Shown piece after piece: positions 1 through 8,844 of a stretch of 56,399 nt of DNA. Below the pieces are notes generated by a model, which was given only the letters and a program-made list of their open reading frames with translations, was not told the DNA's origin and made no database searches. Source of the DNA: a bacterium (GTDB lineage: Bacteria; Auribacterota; UBA6266). The stretch's first letter is position 1. Each line of letters begins with the position of its first letter. The position numbers were made by a program, and so were the translations under genes. The stretch covers positions 1-56,399 of the forward strand of contig JAQUNG010000002.1 in the NCBI GenBank assembly GCA_028717725.1, read 5' to 3'.

Positions 1-2
1 AA

Positions 3-416
3 GATACCGGCGCGTGGTCGGCTCCCGCTTTTGTTATGATAGGCGGGATCAGCTTCGGACTGCAAATAGGAGCTCAGGCGGCGGATATCGTGCTCGTTAC
101 AACATCAAGAAAAGGGCTTGAAATGCTTCTGAAAGATAATTTGACTCTTGGCGGAGATGCCGCCGTTGCGGCAGGACCTATCGGAAGAAACGCAGAAATT
201 TCAACCGACATACTTATGCAGACACCTATACTCTGCTATTCAAGAAGCAAAGGGCTTTTTGCGGGAGTAGCGCTGGACGGAGCCGTAATCAGCCAGGATA
301 AAAAAGACAACAAAACCCTGTATGGGGAAGCTCTGACGGCAAAAGATATCGTAATCGATAAAAAAGTATCGCCTACGGAAGCCGGGCAAAAACTTATCAA
401 CGCCATCAATAAATAA
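3..416 (+). CDS. SYLF/Ysc84-like (DUF500) lipid-binding domain protein, 5' end cut by window edge
   Basis: Frame is open from base 3 (DTGAWSAPAFVMIGG...), so the M at 36 is internal. Gly/Ala-rich LGGDAAVAAGPIGR pattern is typical of SYLF domains. A hairpin follows the stop. Confidence 0.7.
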   Translation, partial: DTGAWSAPAFVMIGGISFGLQIGAQAADIVLVTTSRKGLEMLLKDNLTLGGDAAVAAGPIGRNAEISTDILMQTPILCYSRSKGLFAGVALDGAVISQDKKDNKTLYGEALTAKDIVIDKKVSPTEAGQKLINAINK

Positions 417-426
417 ATCTTGTTCT

Positions 427-461
427 ATGGGCCGGGCGGATAAGAAATCTGCCCGGCCCAT
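427..461 (+). terminator. GC-rich hairpin after the SYLF gene (weak T tract)
   Basis: atgggccgggcgga / tctgcccggcccat forms a 14-bp stem with 1 mismatch and a 7-nt loop. There is no clear U run. Confidence 0.4.
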
Positions 462-630
462 CCCATTGTTTACGAAAAAAATATCCATATTTTTTAACCC
501 TGTTTTTCTCCTTATTATCCGACGAGCTTACGACTTACGGAAAGTTTCTCTTTCAGGCCCGAAATAAAAAATATGCTACACAGCGGATAAAAATAGTGTA
601 TAATCCGTGATTAAGGGGGGAGGGGATATT

Positions 631-993
631 ATGTCTTCTTTATTTTTCGGGAAACGTAATAACGCCCAGTCTGAAAAAAGGTCCTTCAAGAGAATTCCTT
701 TCGTTTTCAATGTTGACTACACAAGCAATAATTTCGACAGAAACAAAGGCAAAGGCATAAATCTCAGCAAGGGCGGAATGCTTCTGGGAACAGGATTAAG
801 ATTCACTTACGGTCAGGAATTAAAATTTTTTATCAAAGTCCCCGCTTTTCAGGATCCTGTCACACTTCTGGGCGCTGTGGTAAGAAGCAGGGAATCCGAC
901 AAATACGGCGGATATGAAACAGCTGTGAATTTCAAGAATTTTTCGGGGCCGAAAAACCCTAATCTTGAAAAAATCATCCATCTTTACAGCTGA
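631..993 (+). CDS. PilZ domain protein (putative c-di-GMP receptor)
   Basis: KRSFKRIP (RxxxR-like) and NLSKGG (D/NxSxxG) motifs. ATG at 631 is preceded by the aagggggg agggg RBS; the listed 607 start is GTG. Confidence 0.75.
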   Translation: MSSLFFGKRNNAQSEKRSFKRIPFVFNVDYTSNNFDRNKGKGINLSKGGMLLGTGLRFTYGQELKFFIKVPAFQDPVTLLGAVVRSRESDKYGGYETAVNFKNFSGPKNPNLEKIIHLYS

Positions 994-1062
994 AAAATAC
1001 CCTGCTGCTGTCTGTGCGGAGAATGCTTCTCCAAAGGTATCGGTTTGTGGAAAAATTTTGAT

Positions 1063-1098
1063 AAATATATTAGCATATTATAATATGCTAATATATTT
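1063..1098 (+). promoter_or_regulatory. 36-bp perfect palindrome (candidate ArsR operator) centred on a TATAAT box
   Basis: aaatatattagcatatta|taatatgctaatatattt is perfectly self-complementary. TATAAT at 1079-1084 sits at the dyad, with TTGATA at 1058-1063. It lies 10 nt upstream of the arsR-like start. Confidence 0.6.
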
Positions 1099-1107
1099 GG
1101 GGGCAAA

Positions 1108-1416
1108 ATGGGAGAAAGACAATTAACGCATAAGGCCATTCTGGAAGCGGCTGTAATGCTCAAAGCCCTGGCCCATCCGGACAGGATCAGGATAGTTGAA
1201 TTGCTCGCCGGCGGCAATATGTTGAGTGTCAACCAGATCGCAAAAGGCGCCGGGTTAAAACAGTCTATAACTTCACAACATCTTAAGCTCCTTAAAAACG
1301 GCGGGGCCCTGGATTCCCATAAACTCTCAAACCATGTGTTTTACAGCTTATACAAAAAGGAACTCTTAAAGCTTCTGGCGTGCATTAAAAACTGCTGCGG
1401 ACGGGAGAGAAAATGA
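1108..1416 (+). CDS. ArsR/SmtB-family winged-helix transcriptional regulator
   Basis: LKALAHPDRIRIVELL...LSVNQIAKGAGLKQSITSQHLKLLKNGG is a classic ArsR HTH. The stop overlaps the next start (ATGA). Confidence 0.85.
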   Translation: MGERQLTHKAILEAAVMLKALAHPDRIRIVELLAGGNMLSVNQIAKGAGLKQSITSQHLKLLKNGGALDSHKLSNHVFYSLYKKELLKLLACIKNCCGRERK

Positions 1417-4214
1417 AAGAAGCTATCACCGGTTTCGCCATAAAATATTACAAAGCCATAATAATAATCACCTTTCTGCTGACCCTGATACTCGGGCTGC
1501 AGATACCTAAAATCAAAATAGATACCGACCCGGAAAATATGCTTTCCGAAAGAGAATTCGTGAGAGTATTCCACAACGAGACAAAAAAGAACTTCACACT
1601 GTATGATTTTATAATTTTAGGCATCGTCAACGAGGAAAATCCCAACGGGGTCTTCAATAAAGAAACCCTATCCAAAATCTACAATATCACAGAAGATATA
1701 AAACAAATCGAGCTGAAATCCGGCGGACAGGAAACAACCAGACCGGTCATCATAAGAGACATAATCAGCCCTTCAAATGTAGATAATATCAAAGAAGGCT
1801 CTTCCGCCGGAGAGATACGATTCGAATGGCTTATGAGCAAACCTCCCATGTCGGAAGAAGAATCGCTGGCCATAAGAGATGAAGCCATTGACAACCCCAT
1901 GTTATACGGGACTATGATTTCCGAAGACAAAAAAGCCTTGTGTCTTTATATCCCGATAAAAAACAAAAATCTAAGCCACGCAACTTCCCTGCAAATATTC
2001 GAAATCGTCAGAAAATACCCCGGCGCGGAGAAATACCATATAACAGGGCTTCCCGTGGCCGAAGACACCTTCGGATTTGAAATGTTCAGGCAAATGGCAA
2101 TATCCGCTCCTCTCGCGGGTTTGATTATATTCCTTTTAATGTGGTCCTTCTTCAGAAAAGTCAAACTCGTAATAGCGCCAATGCTTGTAGCTATTATCAC
2201 CGTGATTTCAACGATGGGATTGCTGATAGGGTCGGGGTTCACCGTACATATAATGAGTTCGATGATACCGATATTCCTTATGCCTATCGCGGTTGTCGAT
2301 TCCGTCCATATATTAAGCGAATTTTTTGACAGGTATAATATTTACAAAGATAAGAAAAAAACCATCACACACGTGATGAATCACCTCTTCATGCCGATGC
2401 TTTACACATCCCTCACCACAACCGCCGGATTTGCCTCGCTGGCATTAACGCCCATACCTCCCGTCCAGATATTCGGCCTGTTCGTCGCAGCCGGCGTAAT
2501 GCTTGCCTGGGCGCTGACAGTGCTCTTCATTCCGGCGTATACGATGCTGATAAAAGATAAGTCGCTTGAAAATTTCGGCCTTCACCACGGGGAAGAGGGA
2601 AAAACCGTCTTAACCGGAATACTGCGCAACACAGGCGATTTCACATGGAAACGGTCCAAATCAATAATTGCCGCTTCAATCATCCTGACCGGACTCAGCA
2701 TATACGGATTAAGCCTTATTAAAATAAACGATAACCCCGTTAAATGGTTTACGAAAGGGCACCGCATAAGAATAGCGGACGAGGTGCTTAACAGCCATTT
2801 CGGCGGCACATACACCGCATACCTGATACTGGACAAAGAAGATACCGGAGAGTCTTTCACAACAAACATCCGCAGGCTTAAAGAGAAAATAGAAGCGGAA
2901 AAAACAGATGCCTCTCCGCAAAACATAGATACCCTCCTTTCTTATATCGATAAGGAGAAAGACGCCTTCATAAAAGAGAAGAACTATGACTACACAGAAT
3001 TTACGGAGAATATAATCGGCAAATCGGAAGAATTATCGTCCGACGATGAATACCCGGACAATGTGACGGAAACAATTGAAGATGAAAACATAGACAGCCG
3101 GATATTCAAGAACCCGGCCATGCTGAAATATATGGAGAAACTGCAAAACTATATGGCAGGCTCAAAAACAGTCGGCAAATCAACCTCAGCCGCCGATCTG
3201 GTAAAGAAAGTTTACATGGAGCTGATGGGAGGAAACCGCGAATACTACGTGATACCGCCCACAACAAAAGCCGTTGCCCAAAGTTTGTTCCAGTTTCAGA
3301 ACGGCCACAAACCCGATGACCTCTGGCATCTTTTAATTCCGGACTATAAAACGGCAAACATCTGGGTCCAGATGAAAAGCGGAGATAACAAAGATATGGA
3401 AAAAGTGTTGAAACAGGTTGACAGCTTTATAGAAAGCAACCCTCCTCCGTTTCCCCTGAACCACCAATGGGCCGGGCTTACATACCTCAATGTCGAATGG
3501 CAGAATAAAATGGTGCGCGGGATGATTACTTCCCTGCTCGGAAGCTTTATAATAGTCCTGATAATGATGATTTTCCTGTTCCGGTCGCCGTTGTGGGGTG
3601 TCCTTTCAATGATACCTCTTTCCATAACTATACTGCTGATTTACGGGTTAATAGGTTTAACGGGAAAAGACTATGATATGCCTGTGGCCGTTCTTTCGTC
3701 TTTAACCCTGGGCCTGTCTGTTGACTTTGCCATCCATTTTCTTGAAAGGGCGAGGACATTTTACGCCGAAAACCAATCTGTAGAAAAAACCCTGAAAGCC
3801 ATGTTCGGGGAACCCGCGAGGGCTATCAGCAGAAACGCCATCGTAATCGCCATAGGTTTTCTGCCTTTGCTTGCGGCTCCTCTCATTCCTTATAAAACAG
3901 TGGGGTTCTTCCTGGCAAGCATAATGGCCGTTTCATCACTGGCAACTATCGTTCTCCTTCCCGCCCTCATAAAAACTTTCGCCAAATACCTGTTTAAACC
4001 GGCCGGGATAAGGCGCTATGAGTGCAATTGCGTAAAATGTATTATCAGCGTATCGGCGGGTATACTGATAATCACATGCTTTGCGCTGGATAACCCCGTC
4101 TTGAAATGGAAACTTCTGACTCTTATTTCGGCCGGCGTTATATTAACGGCGGGTGTTATATGCAATATGCTTTCAAAAAGAGAAGCGGGAAAACCGGAGA
4201 CAGAAAAAGAATAA
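1413..4214 (+). CDS. RND-superfamily MMPL/HpnN-like exporter (two 6-TM bundles, two large periplasmic loops)
   Basis: 933 aa with duplicated hydrophobic blocks and soluble loops between them. The MMPL-type topology is visible in the translation. It is coupled to arsR. Confidence 0.8.
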   Translation: MKEAITGFAIKYYKAIIIITFLLTLILGLQIPKIKIDTDPENMLSEREFVRVFHNETKKNFTLYDFIILGIVNEENPNGVFNKETLSKIYNITEDIKQIELKSGGQETTRPVIIRDIISPSNVDNIKEGSSAGEIRFEWLMSKPPMSEEESLAIRDEAIDNPMLYGTMISEDKKALCLYIPIKNKNLSHATSLQIFEIVRKYPGAEKYHITGLPVAEDTFGFEMFRQMAISAPLAGLIIFLLMWSFFRKVKLVIAPMLVAIITVISTMGLLIGSGFTVHIMSSMIPIFLMPIAVVDSVHILSEFFDRYNIYKDKKKTITHVMNHLFMPMLYTSLTTTAGFASLALTPIPPVQIFGLFVAAGVMLAWALTVLFIPAYTMLIKDKSLENFGLHHGEEGKTVLTGILRNTGDFTWKRSKSIIAASIILTGLSIYGLSLIKINDNPVKWFTKGHRIRIADEVLNSHFGGTYTAYLILDKEDTGESFTTNIRRLKEKIEAEKTDASPQNIDTLLSYIDKEKDAFIKEKNYDYTEFTENIIGKSEELSSDDEYPDNVTETIEDENIDSRIFKNPAMLKYMEKLQNYMAGSKTVGKSTSAADLVKKVYMELMGGNREYYVIPPTTKAVAQSLFQFQNGHKPDDLWHLLIPDYKTANIWVQMKSGDNKDMEKVLKQVDSFIESNPPPFPLNHQWAGLTYLNVEWQNKMVRGMITSLLGSFIIVLIMMIFLFRSPLWGVLSMIPLSITILLIYGLIGLTGKDYDMPVAVLSSLTLGLSVDFAIHFLERARTFYAENQSVEKTLKAMFGEPARAISRNAIVIAIGFLPLLAAPLIPYKTVGFFLASIMAVSSLATIVLLPALIKTFAKYLFKPAGIRRYECNCVKCIISVSAGILIITCFALDNPVLKWKLLTLISAGVILTAGVICNMLSKREAGKPETEKE

Positions 4215-4228
4215 CAGGGAGCCTGGAA

Positions 4229-5011
4229 ATGAAAACTTTTTTTTATGCTTTTTTCGCCGTCCTCGCGGCTTTCACAACATTTTCGGCGGGCGAAACCGCC
4301 GGCCAAATCATTAACAAAGCCAACCTTGCCTCGTATTACCAGGGTAATGACGGCAGAGCCTCCGTTTCAATGGTAATAACCGATTCGCAGGGAAGAGAAA
4401 GAACGCGCGAATTTATAATATTGCGTATGGATGTCGAAGACGGGAAAGACCAGAAATTCTATGTTTATTTCCATGAACCCGCAGATGTCCGAAAAATGGT
4501 TTACATGGTATGGAAACACGTGGGGAAAGATGATGACAGATGGCTTTATCTTCCCGCCATGGACCTTGTAAACAGAATAGCGGCCGGCGACAAACGATCA
4601 AGTTTTGCGGGATCAAATTTTGTTTATGAAGATGTTTCCGGAAGAGGAGTGGAAGAGGACATCCATGAACTGACGGATACAACAGATAAACACTACAAAA
4701 TCAGAAATACCCCCAAGGATAAACAAACCGTTGAATTCTCATATTATGATGTCTGGATTGACAGAAGTAATTTTCTGCCCGTAAAAGCGGAATACTATGA
4801 TAAACAAGGAGACAAATACCGAACAGTGGAAGCGCTGGAAATAGAAACTATACAAGGGCATCCCACCGTCATAAAGTCAAAAGTAACAGACCTTAACACA
4901 GGAGGAAATACAGTTTCGAATTTCTCAGACATAAAATACGAGGTAGGGCTTAAAGATGATATTTTCACCGAACGATACCTTAAAAGGGCTCCGAGACAAT
5001 ACCTGAAATGA
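4229..5011 (+). CDS. LolA-like outer membrane lipoprotein-sorting family protein (secreted)
   Basis: Signal peptide MKTFFYAFFAVLAAFTTFSAGE starts at the ATG at 4229. DDRWLYLPAMDLVNRI...SFAGSNFVYEDV is characteristic of the LolA_like family. The listed 4106 start overlaps the RND gene. Confidence 0.75.
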   Translation: MKTFFYAFFAVLAAFTTFSAGETAGQIINKANLASYYQGNDGRASVSMVITDSQGRERTREFIILRMDVEDGKDQKFYVYFHEPADVRKMVYMVWKHVGKDDDRWLYLPAMDLVNRIAAGDKRSSFAGSNFVYEDVSGRGVEEDIHELTDTTDKHYKIRNTPKDKQTVEFSYYDVWIDRSNFLPVKAEYYDKQGDKYRTVEALEIETIQGHPTVIKSKVTDLNTGGNTVSNFSDIKYEVGLKDDIFTERYLKRAPRQYLK

Positions 5012-6294
5012 AAAATATCATATTGCTGCCGGTAATAATATCATGTTTTTTATCCGTTCACGCTTTATCGGAAGAAGCGGAACCGCAAAAGAACGTGTTC
5101 GAAGCCTTAAAAGAAAAAATACCAGTGCACGGTTTTATCGAATACGGTTACGGCAGCAGGATAACCCGTGATGACACCCAAAACCACGACACATTATACA
5201 ATGAAGCGCGCCTGCGGCTTGACTACAACCACGCCTGGGACAATGTTGAGGTGCAGTTTAAAGGCGATGCCGTATATGACGGGTTTCAGGGAGAGGCCTT
5301 TTTTGACTGGAGAGAAACTTATGCGCTGGTGCTTCCGGCCGACTGGACGGAAGCCAAACTGGGACGTCAAATACTCACATGGGGAACAGGCGATTACCTG
5401 TTTATCAATGATATGTTTCCCAAAGACTGGATATCCTTTTTCATAGGCAGAGACGATGAATACCTTAAAGCCCCCTCCAACTCCGTTAAATTGAGTTTCT
5501 TTCCCGATATTTTCGATATCAATATGGTATGGACCCCCAAATTCACCCCTGATGAATATGTCACAGGGCAAAGGCTTTCTTATTACAACCCCCTGACACA
5601 GGAACTATCGGGAAGCCGAAACCGAATTTACGCGGAAGACCCGAAGGGAGATATCGAAAACGGGGAATTCGCTCTAAGGATATATAAAAACATCAAAGGA
5701 TATGAATTTGCGGGATACGCGTATAAGGGATTTTTTAAAAGGCCTGAAGGCTTCAATACGCGATTATGGAAAAATTATTTTCCGAAGCTTGCCGTATACG
5801 GAGGCAGCGTAAGAGGCAATGTTTTCGGTGGGATAGGAAACGCGGAATTCGGATATTATGATTCCATCGAAGACCGCAAAGGCGATAATCCCCTGATAGA
5901 AAACTCAAGCGCAAGGGGCCTGCTGGGATACACAAGGGAAATCGTCAAAGATTTTTCCGCCGGCATACAATGGTATTTCGAATATATAAAAAACTATGAT
6001 GAGTATGATAAAACTTATTTAAATGAACCCGCGCAAAAGGACCGTTTCCGGCAGCTCCTGACACTGAGGCTTACGAGATACGCAATGATGCAGAATCTTA
6101 TCGTATCTCTGTTCACTTTTTATTCCCCCACGGATAGCGACGCTTATTTAAGGCCGTCCGTAACTTATAAGTATAATGACCATCTCTCATTTTCCGTGGG
6201 GGGCAATATATTTCTCAAAAAATACGACTATACATTTTTCGGACAGCTTGAAGATAATACAAACATATATATCAGGGCAAGATACAGTTTCTAA
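5008..6294 (+). CDS. Predicted outer-membrane beta-barrel protein
   Basis: Signal peptide, alternating hydrophobic/aromatic strands, C-terminal ...RARYSF. ATGA overlap with the upstream gene. Confidence 0.65.
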   Translation: MKNIILLPVIISCFLSVHALSEEAEPQKNVFEALKEKIPVHGFIEYGYGSRITRDDTQNHDTLYNEARLRLDYNHAWDNVEVQFKGDAVYDGFQGEAFFDWRETYALVLPADWTEAKLGRQILTWGTGDYLFINDMFPKDWISFFIGRDDEYLKAPSNSVKLSFFPDIFDINMVWTPKFTPDEYVTGQRLSYYNPLTQELSGSRNRIYAEDPKGDIENGEFALRIYKNIKGYEFAGYAYKGFFKRPEGFNTRLWKNYFPKLAVYGGSVRGNVFGGIGNAEFGYYDSIEDRKGDNPLIENSSARGLLGYTREIVKDFSAGIQWYFEYIKNYDEYDKTYLNEPAQKDRFRQLLTLRLTRYAMMQNLIVSLFTFYSPTDSDAYLRPSVTYKYNDHLSFSVGGNIFLKKYDYTFFGQLEDNTNIYIRARYSF

Positions 6295-6299
6295 AAAGG

Positions 6300-6473
6300 A
6301 TGGCAATCATGATATTAAGAATTGTTATCGGAATATTGATAGGCGGACTGACAGGTTTTGCCGTAGGATATTTCGGCAAATGCGCCTCCGGCACATGCCC
6401 GCTGACGTCCAATCCTTTAATCAGCGCTTCCATAGGCGCGGTAATAGGATTTCTCGCAGCTCAGATAAAATAA
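6300..6473 (+). CDS. Small two-TM membrane protein with CxxGxC motif (DUF6132-like)
   Basis: My own translation (57 aa, not in the ORF track): MAIMILRIVIGILIGGLTGFAVGYFGKCASGTCPLTSNPLISASIGAVIGFLAAQIK. The GxCxSGTCP..S.P motif resembles the DUF6132 family. Confidence 0.55.
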   Translation: MAIMILRIVIGILIGGLTGFAVGYFGKCASGTCPLTSNPLISASIGAVIGFLAAQIK

Positions 6474-6477
6474 ACTT

Positions 6478-6933
6478 TTATTTCGCTCTTTTAGCTTCGA
6501 GAATAAAATCTTTAGTCTGCAGGAGTTTCCAGCCGTCCTTATATTTCAAAAGGCTTACCCGAAGCTTCGCGGAACCGTCAAATGTTTTCTGTTCAAATAC
6601 GATATATCCGTCTATCAATTGCCCGGAGGTAAGCACCATCGCTTCTTCATGAGATTCAAGGATATCATAATTCAGTATATCGTCTTTAAAGTCGGAATTT
6701 TTCAGCTTTTCTTTTATGTTTTTTAACTGCGATTTTTCGCTTATCCCGTAATTGAGTTTGGAAATATCCGCCAGGCAGTTCAAATATGTTCTGACATCTC
6801 CTTTTTGAAGAGCCAGCCGCGATGTCTCAAAAACCGCTTTCGGAGAAGACATGTCCGGATAATTCGCCCTGCCACACCCTGCCGGAAGCGCGCAGACAAT
6901 AGCACCCAACATTAAAAATATGTTTAATTTCAC
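6478..6933 (-). CDS. Hypothetical lipoprotein
   Basis: Lipobox LPAGC after a hydrophobic signal peptide. No recognisable catalytic motif. Confidence 0.7.
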   Translation of the reverse strand: MKLNIFLMLGAIVCALPAGCGRANYPDMSSPKAVFETSRLALQKGDVRTYLNCLADISKLNYGISEKSQLKNIKEKLKNSDFKDDILNYDILESHEEAMVLTSGQLIDGYIVFEQKTFDGSAKLRVSLLKYKDGWKLLQTKDFILEAKRAK

Positions 6934-7000
6934 GTTAAAACTCCTGTTTTTGAATATTTTATACCCTTCCCATCATTGTTTTAGTATACTATATTTCTCT

Positions 7001-7495
7001 ATGAGAAAAAAGCCTCTGCCAAAAATCGAAAAACTTAGAGCAGCCGACTTGCCGCAACTCAAGGCCCTTATCAATAATATTTCCAATTTCAAGAGGTCCG
7101 AAAAAGACTGCGCCATGGAATTAATCAGGTTCGCGCTGAAACATAAAAAACAAAGTGATTATATCATATACACCGCGAAAGTTAACTGTATCGCGGCCGG
7201 TTTTATAATATACGGGATGATCGACCTTACAATGGGTTGTTACGACCTTTACTGGATAGCAGTCCATAATGATTACAGGGATAACGGCATAGGCAAATCC
7301 CTTATACAAAGCATGGAAAGAAACATTAAAAAAGATAAGGGGCGGGCTGTTTTTATCGAAACATCTTCCAAGCCCGATTACAGTTCCACCCGTATATTCT
7401 ATGAAAAATGCGGTTACAAAAAAGCCGCCGTCATAAAAGATTTCTACGATAAAAACGACCATAAGATAATATACCGCAAAAATATTACCCGATGA
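7001..7495 (+). CDS. GNAT-family N-acetyltransferase
   Basis: IAVHNDYRDNGIGKSLI (acetyl-CoA motif A). ATG at 7001 chosen; the listed upstream extension is hydrophobic junk. Confidence 0.75.
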   Translation: MRKKPLPKIEKLRAADLPQLKALINNISNFKRSEKDCAMELIRFALKHKKQSDYIIYTAKVNCIAAGFIIYGMIDLTMGCYDLYWIAVHNDYRDNGIGKSLIQSMERNIKKDKGRAVFIETSSKPDYSSTRIFYEKCGYKKAAVIKDFYDKNDHKIIYRKNITR

Positions 7496-8841
7496 AAACG
7501 CCGTCAAAAATACGAAAAGTGGTAAAACGCTCCGGTATGGTTGTGCCTTTTGCCGGCGAAAGAATTCTCAACGCTATATACAAAGCCGCCATAGCCAGCG
7601 GGCACAGGGACAAAAAAAACTCTGAAATACTGGCCGGAAAAGTGATAGATATACTGGATAACTGCTTCTCCCCCGAAAAACCCCCCACCGTGGAAAATAT
7701 CCAGGACATAGTCGAAAACGTTCTGATACAAAACGGGCACGCGCAAACGGCGAAAGCTTTTATTCTTTACAGGTACGAAAGGACTAAGGAACGGCTTGAA
7801 AAAGGAAAAAACAAAGTCATCCCCTTCGACAAAGTCCCATTTTATAAAATCTATTATATTCTCAACTGGGCAATAGACAATAATCTCGAACGAATAGAAA
7901 AAATAAACGAGCGCATAAGGGAAGGCGGTTTCCGTGAGCTTGTCGATATCTGCGAAAAAAAATATAACGAAGAAATACTGAACGCCGCCGAATCTATTCT
8001 GAGAAAGGGGGACGGCCTGAAGATAATTATTGTCGCAGGGCCTTCCTCATCCGGCAAAACGACAACTACTATAAAAATAAACGATTTGCTGAAAAAGAAA
8101 GGTAAAAACCTTGTAACCCTCAATATAGACAATTATTTTTACGACCTTGAACTTCACCCGAAAGACGAGCACGGGGACTACGATTTTGAGACGCCGGAAG
8201 CTATAGACCTTGAGCTTGTTAATACCCATATAAACCAGCTTATGGACGGCAAAACGATAAAAATGCCGGTCTATAATTTTAAAACCGGGAAAAGAGAAAA
8301 AACCTCTGTTCCTTTGAAATTAACCGGTGACGAAATAATACTGATTGACAGCCTGCACGGCCTGAGCAAAAAAATGACCGGTTCTATAGATTCCCGCGTA
8401 AAATTCAATCTCTATATAGAAACCCTTCTGCAGATGAAAGATACCCATAATGAATTTATCCGGTGGACTGATATAAGGCTTCTCAGGCGGATGAGCCGCG
8501 ATTCAAAATACAGAAGTTACAACCCCCAGCAAACGCTCGAACACTGGCACTACGTCAGAAGCAGCGAATTAAGGCATATAATCCCTTTCGTGAATTCCGC
8601 GGACTTTATCGTCAACAGCGCAATGCCGTATGAACTTCCCGTAATGAAAAAAATACTCCTGAAAGATTTCTGTTCATTCGAAAACAGTCTTAAAAACAAC
8701 CTTTCGAAAGAAGATGCGTATCTCAGGGCAAAAAAAGTGATAACTTTGCTTGAATCGTTCGAAGAAGCGAAAGATTTTTCATCCATACCGAAGGACTCCG
8801 TCGTCAGGGAGTTCATAGGCGGGAGCAAATACAAATATTAA
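7492..8841 (+). CDS. ATP-cone domain fused to a uridine kinase/PRK-like P-loop nucleoside kinase
   Basis: N-terminal VVKRSGMVVPF...ENIQDIVENVL...ILYRYERTKER matches the ATP-cone. GPSSSGKTTT is a P-loop and IILIDSLHGL is a Udk-like segment. ATGA overlap with the GNAT gene. Confidence 0.75.
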   Translation: MKTPSKIRKVVKRSGMVVPFAGERILNAIYKAAIASGHRDKKNSEILAGKVIDILDNCFSPEKPPTVENIQDIVENVLIQNGHAQTAKAFILYRYERTKERLEKGKNKVIPFDKVPFYKIYYILNWAIDNNLERIEKINERIREGGFRELVDICEKKYNEEILNAAESILRKGDGLKIIIVAGPSSSGKTTTTIKINDLLKKKGKNLVTLNIDNYFYDLELHPKDEHGDYDFETPEAIDLELVNTHINQLMDGKTIKMPVYNFKTGKREKTSVPLKLTGDEIILIDSLHGLSKKMTGSIDSRVKFNLYIETLLQMKDTHNEFIRWTDIRLLRRMSRDSKYRSYNPQQTLEHWHYVRSSELRHIIPFVNSADFIVNSAMPYELPVMKKILLKDFCSFENSLKNNLSKEDAYLRAKKVITLLESFEEAKDFSSIPKDSVVREFIGGSKYKY

Positions 8842-8844
8842 ATT

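Noticed and set aside
4106-4228. N-terminal extension of the LolA-like gene
   Set aside because: It would overlap the RND gene by 109 nt. The signal peptide begins at the internal ATG at 4229.
6176-6652. 158-aa plus-strand ORF spanning the barrel gene end, the small ORF and the lipoprotein gene
   Set aside because: It overlaps three better-supported genes in other frames or strands. Arg-rich junk translation.
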